DNA of 64,000 nt from an uncultured Cryomorphaceae bacterium (GCA_964516765.1 CAZEWZ010000003.1:78692-142691), one strand, 5' to 3'. Counted from the stretch's first letter, positions 20,259 to 31,328 are shown. The notes: generated by a model from the letters alone, not told the origin. Made by a program: numbers and translations.

Positions 20259-20415
20259 TTAGACAAATTGTCATAATTTATGTCATATTTTGATTGATTG
20301 TCAGTCATAATGTGACCTTTTTTTGATCAAAACATGCTTTTATTCAATGGCATAAAGATTGTTTAATATCTGTTAGAAAATAAAAGTAAATAATTTAAGA
20401 ATTAAATTTTAAGAT

Positions 20416-22299
20416 ATGAGTAAAATTATCGGAATTGATTTAGGTACGACAAACTCTTGTGTCTCGGTAATGGAAGGTAATGAGCCTGTTGTTATAGCAA
20501 ATGCTGAAGGAAAAAGAACTACTCCTTCTATTGTTGCATTTGTGGAAGGTGGAGAAAGAAAAGTTGGAGATCCTGCTAAAAGACAGGCAATCACCAATCC
20601 TCAAAAAACAATTTCTTCTATCAAACGTTTTATGGGAGAATCTTTTGATAAATGTGCCAAAGAAATCAAAAATGTTCCTTATAAAGTAGCTAAGGGAGAC
20701 AACAATACTCCAAGAGTAGATATTGACGGAAGAATGTATACTCCCCAAGAGATTTCTGCAATGGTGCTTCAGAAAATGAAGAAAACAGCGGAAGAGTATT
20801 TAGGTCAAGATGTTACCGAGGCAGTAATCACTGTCCCTGCATACTTTAACGATTCTCAAAGACATGCAACAAAAGAAGCAGGAGAGATTGCTGGTTTAAA
20901 AGTAAGACGAATTATTAATGAACCTACCGCAGCCGCTTTGGCTTATGGGCTAGATAAAAAAGATAAAGACGTAAATATTGCGGTATTTGATTTGGGTGGT
21001 GGAACATTTGATATTTCCATACTAGAATTAGGTGATGGCGTATTTGAAGTTAAGTCTACCAATGGAGATACTCATTTAGGTGGTGATGATTTCGATCAAG
21101 TTATTATTGACTGGTTAGCTAAAGAGTTTAAAACAGAAGAGTCTATTGATCTTCGCGAAGACCCTATGGCTCTTCAACGTCTAAAAGAGGCTGCCGAAAA
21201 AGCAAAAGTAGAATTATCTTCTTCGACACAGACTGAGATTAATCTTCCTTATGTTACTGCAACAGCTTCTGGTCCTAAGCACTTAGTTCGTTCTTTATCA
21301 AGGTCTAAATTTGAGCAGCTTTCTGATTCATTAATTAAGCGTTCTATCACACCATGTAAAAAGGCCTTGGCAGATTCAGGTTTAGATAAAAAAGAAATAG
21401 ATGAGGTGATTCTAGTTGGAGGTTCTACTCGTATTCCTGCTATTCAGTCTATAGTTGAAGAATTTTTCGGAAAGAAGCCTTCCAAAGGAGTGAACCCTGA
21501 CGAGGTAGTTGCTGTAGGTGCAGCTATCCAAGGTGGTGTATTAACTGGTGAGGTAAAGGATGTTCTTTTATTAGATGTGACCCCATTATCTCTTGGAATT
21601 GAGACTATGGGAGGTGTTTTCACTAAATTGATTGATGCTAATACTACTATCCCTACAAATAAGTCTCAGATTTTCTCTACTGCCGCTGACAATCAGCCTG
21701 CTGTAGATATTCATGTTCTCCAAGGTGAACGATCCATGGCTACAGATAATAAAACGATTGGTCGCTTTCAATTAACTGACATTCCTCCTGCACAAAGAGG
21801 AGTTCCACAAATTGAAGTTTCATTTGATATTGATGCTAATGGAATTATGAAAGTTTCTGCTAAAGACAAGGCTACTGGTAAAGAACAGCATATTAATATT
21901 GAATCTTCTTCTGGATTAACAGAGGCTGAAATTCAGACCATGCGTGATGAGGCAAAAGCCAACGAAGATGCAGATAAAGAGGCAAAAGAAACAGTTGATA
22001 AATTAAATTCTGCAGATCAAATGATTTTTCAGACTGAAAAGCAAATTTCTGAATTTGGCGACAAATTACCCGAAGACAAAAAAGCACCTATAGAAGATGC
22101 CATAGCAGATCTTAAAAAAGCACATGAGTCAAAAGATATAGCAGCTATCGATGTCAAAATGGAAGCTTTAACTCAAATCTTTCAAGCAGCCTCTCAAGAC
22201 ATGTATAAAGAGTCTAATGAGGGAGAGAAAGATTCTCAACCAGAACCCTCTGAATCTACAGAAGATGTTACTGATGTTGATTTTGAAGAAGTCAAATAA
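20416..22299 (+). CDS. dnaK: Molecular chaperone DnaK (Hsp70)
   Basis: [17 protein letters not shown] and [12 protein letters not shown] motifs, 627 aa. Confidence 0.98.
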   Translation: MSKIIGIDLGTTNSCVSVMEGNEPVVIANAEGKRTTPSIVAFVEGGERKVGDPAKRQAITNPQKTISSIKRFMGESFDKCAKEIKNVPYKVAKGDNNTPRVDIDGRMYTPQEISAMVLQKMKKTAEEYLGQDVTEAVITVPAYFNDSQRHATKEAGEIAGLKVRRIINEPTAAALAYGLDKKDKDVNIAVFDLGGGTFDISILELGDGVFEVKSTNGDTHLGGDDFDQVIIDWLAKEFKTEESIDLREDPMALQRLKEAAEKAKVELSSSTQTEINLPYVTATASGPKHLVRSLSRSKFEQLSDSLIKRSITPCKKALADSGLDKKEIDEVILVGGSTRIPAIQSIVEEFFGKKPSKGVNPDEVVAVGAAIQGGVLTGEVKDVLLLDVTPLSLGIETMGGVFTKLIDANTTIPTNKSQIFSTAADNQPAVDIHVLQGERSMATDNKTIGRFQLTDIPPAQRGVPQIEVSFDIDANGIMKVSAKDKATGKEQHINIESSSGLTEAEIQTMRDEAKANEDADKEAKETVDKLNSADQMIFQTEKQISEFGDKLPEDKKAPIEDAIADLKKAHESKDIAAIDVKMEALTQIFQAASQDMYKESNEGEKDSQPEPSESTEDVTDVDFEEVK

Positions 22300-22319
22300 G
22301 GAGAATTATGGATAAATAA

Positions 22320-22349
22320 AAAGCCCAATATTGGGCTTTTTATTTTTTT
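22320..22349 (+). terminator. Intrinsic terminator after dnaK
   Basis: Perfect palindrome AAAGCCCAATATTGGGCTTT followed by TTATTTTTTT. Confidence 0.75.
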
Positions 22350-22394
22350 AGACCATTTCTATTCATTAATATTGTTATATATAAAAATAAAAAA

Positions 22395-22745
22395 ATGAGA
22401 CATAAACTTATTTATAGCCTATCAAGCCTGTTGTTAATCTTAGCATCTTGTTCACAAAATACTGAGTCCACATCTAAAGAAAAAATAATTCATACTCAGT
22501 CATCTAATGAAGATTTTAATTCTGAAGTGATAAAAATAAGTACAGAGATTGAGAAAATATTTTTAAAAGAAAAAGATGCTAAATCTCGTTTAAATAGGAT
22601 TTCATCGATTCAGAAAAAAACAAAACTGCCCTTCCTTGATTTTAAAAAGGTTATGATTAAAAGTATGAGGAAATTAAATATTCCAGATGAAGATCAAAAA
22701 TTCATGATTAAATCTTTTGACACTATGAATAAAAATTCTTTTTGA
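22395..22745 (+). CDS. Small hypothetical lipoprotein
   Basis: 116 aa with lipobox LILASC. The gene is bracketed by two strong hairpin terminators. Confidence 0.6.
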   Translation: MRHKLIYSLSSLLLILASCSQNTESTSKEKIIHTQSSNEDFNSEVIKISTEIEKIFLKEKDAKSRLNRISSIQKKTKLPFLDFKKVMIKSMRKLNIPDEDQKFMIKSFDTMNKNSF

Positions 22746-22772
22746 TATAATAAGAGTTTCTTATCTGTAATT

Positions 22773-22807
22773 AAAACCCTCCAAATTAAAAGGAGGGTTT
22801 TGTTTTT
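22773..22807 (+). terminator. Intrinsic terminator after the small lipoprotein gene
   Basis: AAAACCCTCC-loop-GGAGGGTTTT, 10-bp stem, followed by GTTTTT. Confidence 0.75.
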
Positions 22808-22839
22808 AACATATATCTAATAAACAATTTGTGTTACAT

Positions 22840-24114
22840 ATGTATAAGCCTCTTGCAGAAAGACTAAGACCTAAAATCTTAGAAGAATATATTGGTCAAG
22901 CTCATCTTGTGGGTGAAGATTCTGTTTTCCGAAAAGCCATCGAATCTGGTGTTTTGCCATCGTTAATTTTTTGGGGACCTCCCGGGGTAGGGAAAACAAC
23001 TTTAGCAAGTTTAATTGCTGAGCAGTTAGGTCGAGAAATTTATACTCTTAGTGCAATCAATTCTGGTGTTAAAGATGTTAGAGAAGTTATTGATAAAGTA
23101 GGTAGTAGAGGAATTTTCGGAACCGCTAGTCCAGTTTTGTTTATTGATGAAATACATCGGTTTAGTAAATCTCAACAAGATTCACTTCTTGGAGCTGTTG
23201 AGACGGGAGTTGTAACTCTTATTGGCGCGACGACAGAAAATCCTTCTTTTGAGGTTATTCCAGCTTTACTTTCTCGATGTCATGTATATATACTCGATCA
23301 TTTTTCAGACCAAGACCTACAGAAATTACTTCAAAGAGCAATTTCTCTAGATGTACAACTCTCTAAAAAAGAGATTATAATCCATGAAGATAAGGCCTTG
23401 TTAAGATTGTCTGGTGGGGACGCGCGTAAACTGCTTAATATTTTTGAATTGATTATTAATTCTGAGAATACAAGCCAAGTTATTGTTAACGATTCGCTAG
23501 TAAATAAACACGCTCAACAAGTACTAATATCATATGATAAAGGAGGAGAAAAGCATTATGATGTAGTTTCAGCCTTAATTAAATCTATCCGGGGAAGCGA
23601 TCCAAATGGAGCAGTATATTGGTTAGCTAGAATGATTGATGGCGGAGAGGATGTGAAATTTATTGCAAGGAGATTATTAATCGCTGCGAGTGAAGATATT
23701 GGAAATGCAAATCCAACGGCACTAATTATGGCGAATAATTGTTTTCAAGCAGTAAGTCTGATTGGTATGCCTGAGAGTAGAATTATTCTTTCCCAATGCG
23801 TTACTTATTTAGCAACCTCAATAAAGAGTAATTCCTCACATATTGCAATTAATAAAGCACAAATAGCGATTAAAAAGAGCGGATTTTTATCAGTTCCCCT
23901 TCATTTGAGAAATGCACCTACTGAATTGATGAAAGATTTAAATTATAGTAAAGATTATAAATATGCCCATGATTACCAAAATCATTTTATTGAGCAAGAA
24001 TTTCTTCCAGAAGAATTAAGTGGGAGTAAATTTTTTGATCCTGGAAACAATTCTAGAGAAAATTCAATTCGAGAATTCTTGAGAATACGTTGGAAAGATA
24101 AATATGGATATTAA
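22840..24114 (+). CDS. rarA: Replication-associated recombination protein A (AAA+ ATPase RarA/MgsA)
   Basis: Walker A GPPGVGKTT and Walker B FIDEIHRF, with a MgsA C-terminal domain pattern. I prefer the ATG at 22840 over the GTG at 22831. Confidence 0.93.
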   Translation: MYKPLAERLRPKILEEYIGQAHLVGEDSVFRKAIESGVLPSLIFWGPPGVGKTTLASLIAEQLGREIYTLSAINSGVKDVREVIDKVGSRGIFGTASPVLFIDEIHRFSKSQQDSLLGAVETGVVTLIGATTENPSFEVIPALLSRCHVYILDHFSDQDLQKLLQRAISLDVQLSKKEIIIHEDKALLRLSGGDARKLLNIFELIINSENTSQVIVNDSLVNKHAQQVLISYDKGGEKHYDVVSALIKSIRGSDPNGAVYWLARMIDGGEDVKFIARRLLIAASEDIGNANPTALIMANNCFQAVSLIGMPESRIILSQCVTYLATSIKSNSSHIAINKAQIAIKKSGFLSVPLHLRNAPTELMKDLNYSKDYKYAHDYQNHFIEQEFLPEELSGSKFFDPGNNSRENSIREFLRIRWKDKYGY

Positions 24115-24128
24115 ACCGGCCAATAAGA

Positions 24129-24824
24129 TTATACTATATAAGCCAAGAGACTGGCAAAACCAATAGCGACTAATTTTTGGATATTAAATTTATGCCCTTC
24201 CGAACTTTCAAAAAGTATAGTGGTCGAAATGTGAAGGAATATTCCGACCACAATAGCCATAATTTCTTGGTGATATTGTCCAATCTCTTGAATTAGGTGT
24301 CCCGTCAAGCTCCCTAGTGGAGCCATGAGTGCGAAAAAGCTGATTAGGATAATTGATTTAAGTGTAGAAAAATTTGCTTGTGTAAAGAGACTCATTAATA
24401 CAATTGTAACGGGGATTTTATGTAAGGCAATTCCTGTTAGCAAGGAATTCTCAAGATGTCCGTGTAAGTGCCCATGATACTCGATTCCCCCTAGTGGCAT
24501 TCCCTCGAGGTATGCGTGGATGGCAAGGCTAAGCAGCATTGAAGTGGGGACAGTTTTGTTGTGAGAGTGTCCATGCCCATGCTCAATTCCCTGAGAGAAA
24601 AATTCCAATACAATCTGAAGAATAAATCCAATTAATAGAAAAAGACCAATATTTTTGGTCTCTCCAGAATATACTTCCGGAATGAGATGAAAAACAGAAA
24701 TAGCAAATAGGTAAGCACCAGAAAAAGCTAACAGTAGCTTAATGGCGTTCGTATTTAGATTACTTACTAGTCGAACAAGGATTAGGCCAATAAAAACGGA
24801 GCCAATAAGAAATATATATGTCAT
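24129..24824 (-). CDS. ZIP family metal (Zn/Fe) transporter
   Basis: 231 aa, polytopic, with a His-rich loop (EHGHGHSHNK and HGHLHGH). Confidence 0.8.
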   Translation of the reverse strand: MTYIFLIGSVFIGLILVRLVSNLNTNAIKLLLAFSGAYLFAISVFHLIPEVYSGETKNIGLFLLIGFILQIVLEFFSQGIEHGHGHSHNKTVPTSMLLSLAIHAYLEGMPLGGIEYHGHLHGHLENSLLTGIALHKIPVTIVLMSLFTQANFSTLKSIILISFFALMAPLGSLTGHLIQEIGQYHQEIMAIVVGIFLHISTTILFESSEGHKFNIQKLVAIGFASLLAYIV

Positions 24825-24844
24825 TTCAACGAATTATTCTAAGT

Positions 24845-24852
24845 CAAATATA
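24845..24852 (-). promoter_or_regulatory. TAnnTTTG box for the ZIP transporter gene
   Basis: Reverse complement reads TATATTTG, 20 nt before the ATG at 24824. Confidence 0.45.
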
Positions 24853-24874
24853 TAAAGAAAATGAATAATTAGCT

Positions 24875-25606
24875 CTAGTTTTTTTTCAATAATAAAATAA
24901 GCCTATCCGAATGCTCTTCTTCGAATATATTAAGATGGTAGTCACCAAAAACTTTAACGATATTGAGTCCAGAAATACTTGCCATTTTTTGAAAGTCTGT
25001 CATTATGAATGCACTGACTCTTTCTTGAAAATGAAACTCTTTTTTCTGGTCCTTGACACAAATATTTTTATTGATATGGGTGCCGTCAAAATATCTTCTT
25101 ATATTAAATATAATTGAGTCTATTTCTTTAGTTTCTTCTATGATTAGATTGTGTAATACTTTTTTGACATTAAAAAAATCAAGCACTAGTATTCCATGTG
25201 GACGAAGGTTTTCACATATAGCGCTTAATACATCGATATTATCACGGGTATTATTAAAATAACCAAAACTTGTAAAAAGATTAAATACATAGTCAAAATG
25301 ATTGCTTTTGTAAACATGTCTCATGTCATGTAGAGCAAAATGAGCTCCATCCACCATTAATTCTTTGGCCTTTGCTATGCTATGCTCAGATAAATCTATG
25401 CCTGTTGATATATATCCTTTTTTAGCAAGATGAATAGTGTGTCTTCCTTTTCCACAAGCTAGGTCTAATACTTTATTTCCATCCTTCATATTGAGATGAT
25501 TACATAGCTTATCAATAAAATTAGAGGCCTCTGTTTCATTTCTATTTTGATACAAAATATGATAATATTCAGTGTTAAACCAATCGATAAACCAATCTTT
25601 TTTCAT
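24875..25606 (-). CDS. Class I SAM-dependent methyltransferase
   Basis: Motif I VLDLACGKGRHT, 243 aa. Confidence 0.8.
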   Translation of the reverse strand: MKKDWFIDWFNTEYYHILYQNRNETEASNFIDKLCNHLNMKDGNKVLDLACGKGRHTIHLAKKGYISTGIDLSEHSIAKAKELMVDGAHFALHDMRHVYKSNHFDYVFNLFTSFGYFNNTRDNIDVLSAICENLRPHGILVLDFFNVKKVLHNLIIEETKEIDSIIFNIRRYFDGTHINKNICVKDQKKEFHFQERVSAFIMTDFQKMASISGLNIVKVFGDYHLNIFEEEHSDRLILLLKKN

Positions 25607-25608
25607 AG

Positions 25609-26388
25609 TTAAAGGATGTATAAATGAAGATTGAATAATTTTATTATTGCCAAAGAAATCATAAATATTAGGAGTCGTCTAACGCATAGTGCATATTTTT
25701 TATTTTCTAGCGTATATTTGGTCGCTAACCAGGCTCCCAGACCTTGCCCTGATGCCAAAGAAAAGGCGGGTATCCAATCTACTTGGTTGTTGTACATATA
25801 AATTAATAGCGCGGGCAGTGTGATGGCTGTAGAAATGATGATTTTTATAAAATTAGCATCCAAAATACTATATTTTGTAATTAACACTAAAGCACTTAAA
25901 AATAGAATACCCATTCCCATTTGAATAAAGCCCGCATACCATCCAATTACAAAGAATATAATAAAATTTATTATACTCTTATTGTTCCCTCTTTGTTCTG
26001 AATCAATTAGCCAATTTTTAGGTTTAAATGTGACTAGAAAAAGAATGAAAATCATCAGATAGCCCATCATTGAGCTGAGCGTGTCGTCTGACAGTTGAAT
26101 GGCCGTACAAGCACCAAATACTGTTCCCAGTACACAGGGTGGAATAAACCAAAGACTCTCCTTAAATAGGGATTTAAATTGAGTATTTTTTTTAAAAGTT
26201 AGCACACTCACAATGCATTGCACCATTGCTCCGAGTCGGTTCGTTCCATTGGCAAGACCCGGAGGCATTCCTGAAAACAGCAATAGGCTTAGGGTGAAAA
26301 TAGATCCATTTCCCGCAATTGTATTAATAATACCCGCCAATAAGCCAGCAAATGAAAATAATAGATAGAAATACCACTCTAAATTCAT
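25609..26388 (-). CDS. TauE/SafE family sulfite/anion exporter-like membrane protein
   Basis: 259 aa with about eight hydrophobic helices and the two-halves repeat architecture typical of TauE/SafE. Confidence 0.75.
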   Translation of the reverse strand: MNLEWYFYLLFSFAGLLAGIINTIAGNGSIFTLSLLLFSGMPPGLANGTNRLGAMVQCIVSVLTFKKNTQFKSLFKESLWFIPPCVLGTVFGACTAIQLSDDTLSSMMGYLMIFILFLVTFKPKNWLIDSEQRGNNKSIINFIIFFVIGWYAGFIQMGMGILFLSALVLITKYSILDANFIKIIISTAITLPALLIYMYNNQVDWIPAFSLASGQGLGAWLATKYTLENKKYALCVRRLLIFMISLAIIKLFNLHLYIL

Positions 26389-26639
26389 GAATTAAATTTT
26401 TAAAATTGATCTATTTTTCTCGATCTAATTAAATAAATTTTACGTTCGAATATACATTTTTTTCATTTTCAATTTGACTATAATGTTATTATTTATATAT
26501 GGAATTAAATTGCTAGGTCAAGATTATTTTTTTAATAAAATAGCAGATTTAAGTTAACATTGAATGGTTCACAAGTTCCTAATATATTATTCATGAAACT
26601 AGATTAGTTTTATAATTTTAAATTGTAAAAATAAAACCA

Positions 26640-29600
26640 ATGAGAATAATATTCGCCACCTTTATATTTGCGTTATTGATAGGTCAAAGAGCGCAATCCC
26701 AGTCAGAGTCAATTATGACTTTTATGGTCTCTTATCATTCAGCTCTTCAGTCTTATAATGAATCCTTATTTGCGGAGTCCTACGATGCTTTTTTGACTTT
26801 GGAGAAACAGGTAATAGACCCAAGTAGCCTGTTGGCTGTGAATACTTCTTTTTATAAGTGTAAGTCAGCAATGCAACTTTTTCATGATGACGCTCTTAAA
26901 ATGATGCTCAATTTTATGGAAATGTACCCCAATAATATTCATTTTAATGAGGCTAATAATATTATAGCAAATTATTTTTTTCAGAAAAGAGAGTATAATA
27001 AAGCTGCCCAATACTATGATTTTGTTGATGAAAATATCTTGCAAACCAAACAAAGAGTTAGTTTCATTTTTCAATATGCCTATAGTTTATTTTCTCTAGG
27101 GGAATTAGAAAAGGCTTCATTTTTATTTCAAGATCTTCTTTTAAGCGACTCTGAACATAAGATTTCTTCCAAATACTATTTGGCTTGTATCGCCTATCAA
27201 AATCTTAATTTTGCGACCGCAGAAAAATATTTTTTAGAACTCATTGACCTTGGCTTATATTTGCAGGATGCACCTATGTATATAGCAAATATATACCATC
27301 AGCAACGTTCTTTTAAGCAAGTTATTTCCTTTGGTCTGAATTATACAGATTCACTGATATTGCCAAGCCCAGAATTGTATAAGCTGATTGGAGAGGCTTA
27401 TTATCGAGAAAAAAATTATGAAAAAGCAATTTATTTTTTTAAGGACAAATATTTGAGTCTTGAAGCCAAATTAGATCCTCCGGGTTTTTATTTATTGGGG
27501 CAATCATATTACCGATTAAAAGAATATTCACTAGCCAGCTCGGCATTTAATAAAATTATTCAAGTCGAGGATAGTTTGGCCCAGAACGCATATTATTATT
27601 TAGGAGATTGTTATCTAAATTTAGAGGACAAACGCTCTGCTCAAAATGCCTTCGAGTCTGCCTCTAATTATGATTTTAATTCCCGTATCACCGAGCATGC
27701 TTCCTTTAATTTTGCTAAGTTATGTTATGAGTTAGGTTATCCCTTTGCAGACCCGACAATGATCTTGCAAGATTTCATTAATGATTTTCCAGGTTCTGAG
27801 TATTTAGATGATGCTTATTCTTATTTGGTAAATGCTTTTCTGACGCACAAAGATTATTCCAGAGCTATTAAGTCAATGGAGATAAATGGACTGGAGAATA
27901 TATTTCTTCAACAAGCCTATCAGGAAGTTTCGTATTACAGAGCTGTCCAGTTATTTAATGATGGTTTTTATGATACATCTATTACTCATTTTGATAAAGC
28001 ATTGATTTATTCACATAACAAATCCTATGAGTCTCTTTCTTATTTTTGGAGAGCTGAGTCCTATTTTCGTCTTGGCCAGTTTGAGAATAGTATCGCTTCT
28101 TATCAAGATTTTCAACATTCCCCAATGTCCAGTGCACTTCCAGAATTTGAATCTGCTTCCTATCATATCGCTTATGCAAACTTTAAATTATGGCGTTTTC
28201 CCGAAGCTCTCTTTGCTTTTGAATCTTTTGCGGGTTCTACCAATTCTGACGATGTAAAATTACACGACACTTATACAAGAATGGGGGATTGTCATTATAT
28301 GCTCAAAGAATACGGAAAAGCTATAAATGATTATCAAAAATCTGTATCACTAAGGGGAGTAGATTCTGACTATGCTGCCTACCAGATTGCTTTAGCATAC
28401 CAGCAAATGAAAGATTATAATAAAGTTGTTGACCAATTAATTAATTTCGACATTGACTTTTCAACATCTACATACAGAGACGATGCTCTGTATAGAATGG
28501 GTGAATCATACATTAAATTAAACCGGCCCATCCTAGCCATAGAAAGATTCAGACAAATAGAAAGTCAATATTCCAATAGTGCTTATTTGGTAGATGCAAA
28601 AATGAAAATTGGTCTGGTTCTTTATAATGAAGAAAATTTTACAGAGAGTATCAACGAATTTAAGAATTTAGTTTCTAGCTATCCCGCAACTGATATAGCC
28701 AGAGAAGCCATTAACAACGCAAGAAGTGCCTACGTAGACATTGGAGATGTAAGGGCCTACGCAGATTGGCTCGAAACACTAAGTTTCGTTATAATTAATC
28801 CTTCTACTATTGATTCCACTTCATATGAATCGGCTCAATTACTTTATCTAAAAGGGAATTATGTAAAATCATTTAAGGGTTTTACTTCTTATGTGAAAGA
28901 TTTCCCAGAGGGTGTGTTTAAGCTCTCTGCACAATTTTATTTGGGTAAATCTGCTATGGAATTGGACAGTTTAGATATTGCTTTAAGCGCATTTGAACAA
29001 GTCAATAGATATTTCAATAATATATACACCATGCCCGCACTCAAGCAGTCTGCATTCTTATACCAATCCTCTAAACAATATAACAAGGCCATAGATACTT
29101 TTTATAGTATAGATGACCGGGCAGAGACTGTGGAGGAACAGCTTTTCGCCAAACAGGGTTTGATGGACTGTTTTTTTGCCATCAGAGAATACGATCAGGC
29201 AATTGCAGAAGCACAATTGGTTTTAAATTCTGGCCGTGTTGATAAAAGTCTCATCTTAAAATTAAATACTTTTTTGGCTAGAGCGGCTTTTTTAAATCTC
29301 GATCGAAAACTTGCTTTAGAAAAATATTCTATTTTAGAAAAAGATAGTCAAGGAGTACTTAAAGCCGAAGCGATGTATCATATTGCTTACCTATCTTTTT
29401 ATGAAGGAGATATTGAGAAATCTATGGAGACTATTTTTGAGCAATCTAGATTACTTCCTCGCTATAAATTTTGGTTAGGTAAATCTTTTGTTTTATTAGC
29501 AAAAAATTATTGGGAACAAAAGGATGCCTTTCAGGCCAAGCATACCCTTGATCAACTTATTTTGAATATGGACTATCCTATCATAATCAAAGAAGCCAAG

Positions 29601-29729
29601 CAGTTAAAATTCGAAATATTATCTGAAATTGATGATGTCCATCACATGGACCTTAGTCTAGGAATTGGTTCAGTCTCTCAAAATGACAGCCTTTCTATCT
29701 CAGATTCATTAACTATTAAACAAAAATAG
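26640..29729 (+). CDS. Large secreted tetratricopeptide-repeat protein (multiple BamD/YbgF-like TPR modules)
   Basis: 1029 aa with a signal peptide (...GQRAQSQ). TPR-like periodicity with Y/F/A/L runs throughout (e.g. YYLGDCYLNLEDKRSAQNAF). Confidence 0.8.
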   Translation: MRIIFATFIFALLIGQRAQSQSESIMTFMVSYHSALQSYNESLFAESYDAFLTLEKQVIDPSSLLAVNTSFYKCKSAMQLFHDDALKMMLNFMEMYPNNIHFNEANNIIANYFFQKREYNKAAQYYDFVDENILQTKQRVSFIFQYAYSLFSLGELEKASFLFQDLLLSDSEHKISSKYYLACIAYQNLNFATAEKYFLELIDLGLYLQDAPMYIANIYHQQRSFKQVISFGLNYTDSLILPSPELYKLIGEAYYREKNYEKAIYFFKDKYLSLEAKLDPPGFYLLGQSYYRLKEYSLASSAFNKIIQVEDSLAQNAYYYLGDCYLNLEDKRSAQNAFESASNYDFNSRITEHASFNFAKLCYELGYPFADPTMILQDFINDFPGSEYLDDAYSYLVNAFLTHKDYSRAIKSMEINGLENIFLQQAYQEVSYYRAVQLFNDGFYDTSITHFDKALIYSHNKSYESLSYFWRAESYFRLGQFENSIASYQDFQHSPMSSALPEFESASYHIAYANFKLWRFPEALFAFESFAGSTNSDDVKLHDTYTRMGDCHYMLKEYGKAINDYQKSVSLRGVDSDYAAYQIALAYQQMKDYNKVVDQLINFDIDFSTSTYRDDALYRMGESYIKLNRPILAIERFRQIESQYSNSAYLVDAKMKIGLVLYNEENFTESINEFKNLVSSYPATDIAREAINNARSAYVDIGDVRAYADWLETLSFVIINPSTIDSTSYESAQLLYLKGNYVKSFKGFTSYVKDFPEGVFKLSAQFYLGKSAMELDSLDIALSAFEQVNRYFNNIYTMPALKQSAFLYQSSKQYNKAIDTFYSIDDRAETVEEQLFAKQGLMDCFFAIREYDQAIAEAQLVLNSGRVDKSLILKLNTFLARAAFLNLDRKLALEKYSILEKDSQGVLKAEAMYHIAYLSFYEGDIEKSMETIFEQSRLLPRYKFWLGKSFVLLAKNYWEQKDAFQAKHTLDQLILNMDYPIIIKEAKQLKFEILSEIDDVHHMDLSLGIGSVSQNDSLSISDSLTIKQK

Positions 29730-29732
29730 AAT

Positions 29733-31328
29733 ATGAAGAATATTGTATTAATCAGTTTATATTGTCTATCATTTTTCACTCTTCATGGTCAAGATGAACT
29801 CAACAGAGAAGTAATTGATGTTGTTAAGGATTTTCGACCCAAAGTCATGCTAGCCAATAAAATAAATGCGCAACCTTTGTTTATCGATACCTCTAAAGTA
29901 TCAATTAATTTAAAATACCAAGTTCGGTTTGAAGAGTTTCGTGTTTATCAAAATATAGATTCATTAAAAGCACAAGAGATAGATAGGCTATTATTGAGAT
30001 CGCTTTATACTAAACAGCTTTCTTTGGGGCTTGGAAATCTTCTTAATCCCCAACTATCTTTAAGTATAAGCGAAGGCAGGAATACCACAAGTATGTATCA
30101 TGCTTTTCTGAAATATAATGGAGCTTATTCAAACTCAATCCCAAATGATGATCAATATAGTCACCTATTAATGGGGGCATTAATGAAAAAAATATTCAAT
30201 CCTTTTATTTTAAATACACGATTTAGCATAAAAGATATATCTAGGTTTGATTTATCTAAGAATGATTATAAAAATAGTGTATTCTCTTTCAATACTAATA
30301 TTAATTTTAATGACAGCAGTAAATTTTATTTACCAAAATCAATTTTTATTTCCTCAGACTTTTTTTTAAGAGATTTAAGATTTTCAGAAAGAAACTTTGT
30401 CTTAAACATAAATCATCAGGGACCGCATGAACAAATCAAATCTTGGATATTTAGCAATGCTTTTGAATTTCAGAGAACTAATTCTAAGGATTATTTCCAT
30501 TGGACAAGTGATTTTAAAATAGAAAAAGATACTGACCTGACTCATTTTATCTTTGGATTGAATATTGATCTTTTAGTCGACCAAATCCTTATTTTTCCAG
30601 AACTAAGAATTACTCGTCAATTAATAGAGAATGGATTGTTTTCGTACCTTGAAATGGGTGGGAGAAGAAACTTATATTCTCTTCAGGATATTTATTTATC
30701 TAATCCTTATATCCAAAATTCGTTTTTCCCTTCCTTTCTTGAAGACAACCTGTTTTCAAACACTCAATATTTTGCTCGTATTGGACTGAATGGGAATTTA
30801 TTTTATGGAGTGAGCTATCAAGTATCAGCCACAGCGACTAATGACGACAATTACATGCATTTTACTTCCCTAGAAAATCCTCAAGACATTTTTAAAAACA
30901 TCCCTAGTTTTACTTCTGTAAATATGGCTATTTTTCATGCAGATATTGAAGCAGAATTGCATGAGAAACTGGTTTCTTTGTTGAAAGTAGATATTCGGAC
31001 ATTTGATGAGAGTCTCTCTTATGTTCCAGAAATTGAAATAGGGTTATATACAGATTACTATTATAATGAACAATGGTCACTAAGTACCTCTTTTAGATTT
31101 CTTAGCGTTCGAACATTACTTAAAAACAGAAGTTTAGAAATTAATTCTTTTGAGCAATATAATTTGCCGGCTATTTTAGACGTAAATCTTAGTTTAGACT
31201 ATGCTCATACTTCGATGCTAGGTTTTTATATTAAAGCAAAAAATTTATTAAATCAAGATTATGTTTACTGGCAGGAATGGCCGGTATTAGGTAGGCAATT
31301 TAATTTTGGAGCTAAATATCTATTCTAA
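29733..31328 (+). CDS. Hypothetical outer-membrane beta-barrel protein (porin-like)
   Basis: 531 aa with a signal peptide, alternating aromatic/polar beta-strand patterning and a C-terminal aromatic residue (...FGAKYLF). It starts 3 nt after the stop of the TPR gene. Confidence 0.6.
   Translation: MKNIVLISLYCLSFFTLHGQDELNREVIDVVKDFRPKVMLANKINAQPLFIDTSKVSINLKYQVRFEEFRVYQNIDSLKAQEIDRLLLRSLYTKQLSLGLGNLLNPQLSLSISEGRNTTSMYHAFLKYNGAYSNSIPNDDQYSHLLMGALMKKIFNPFILNTRFSIKDISRFDLSKNDYKNSVFSFNTNINFNDSSKFYLPKSIFISSDFFLRDLRFSERNFVLNINHQGPHEQIKSWIFSNAFEFQRTNSKDYFHWTSDFKIEKDTDLTHFIFGLNIDLLVDQILIFPELRITRQLIENGLFSYLEMGGRRNLYSLQDIYLSNPYIQNSFFPSFLEDNLFSNTQYFARIGLNGNLFYGVSYQVSATATNDDNYMHFTSLENPQDIFKNIPSFTSVNMAIFHADIEAELHEKLVSLLKVDIRTFDESLSYVPEIEIGLYTDYYYNEQWSLSTSFRFLSVRTLLKNRSLEINSFEQYNLPAILDVNLSLDYAHTSMLGFYIKAKNLLNQDYVYWQEWPVLGRQFNFGAKYLF

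Noticed and set aside
20259-20415. Repeated GTCATA motifs (tgtcataatttatgtcata...gtcagtcataatgtgac) upstream of dnaK as a possible heat-shock operator.
   Set aside because: They do not match CIRCE or any other operator I know. The repeats are short and AT-rich, and they cannot be told apart from chance without comparative data.
20409-20748. Several 60-100-aa ORFs antisense to or out of frame with dnaK. Similar ORFs occur inside uvrB, typA, icd, the M14 peptidase, pepF (58819-59130) and others.
   Set aside because: They lie wholly inside strongly supported conserved genes. Their translations are low-complexity, and this is what one expects from stop-poor frames opposite long coding regions.
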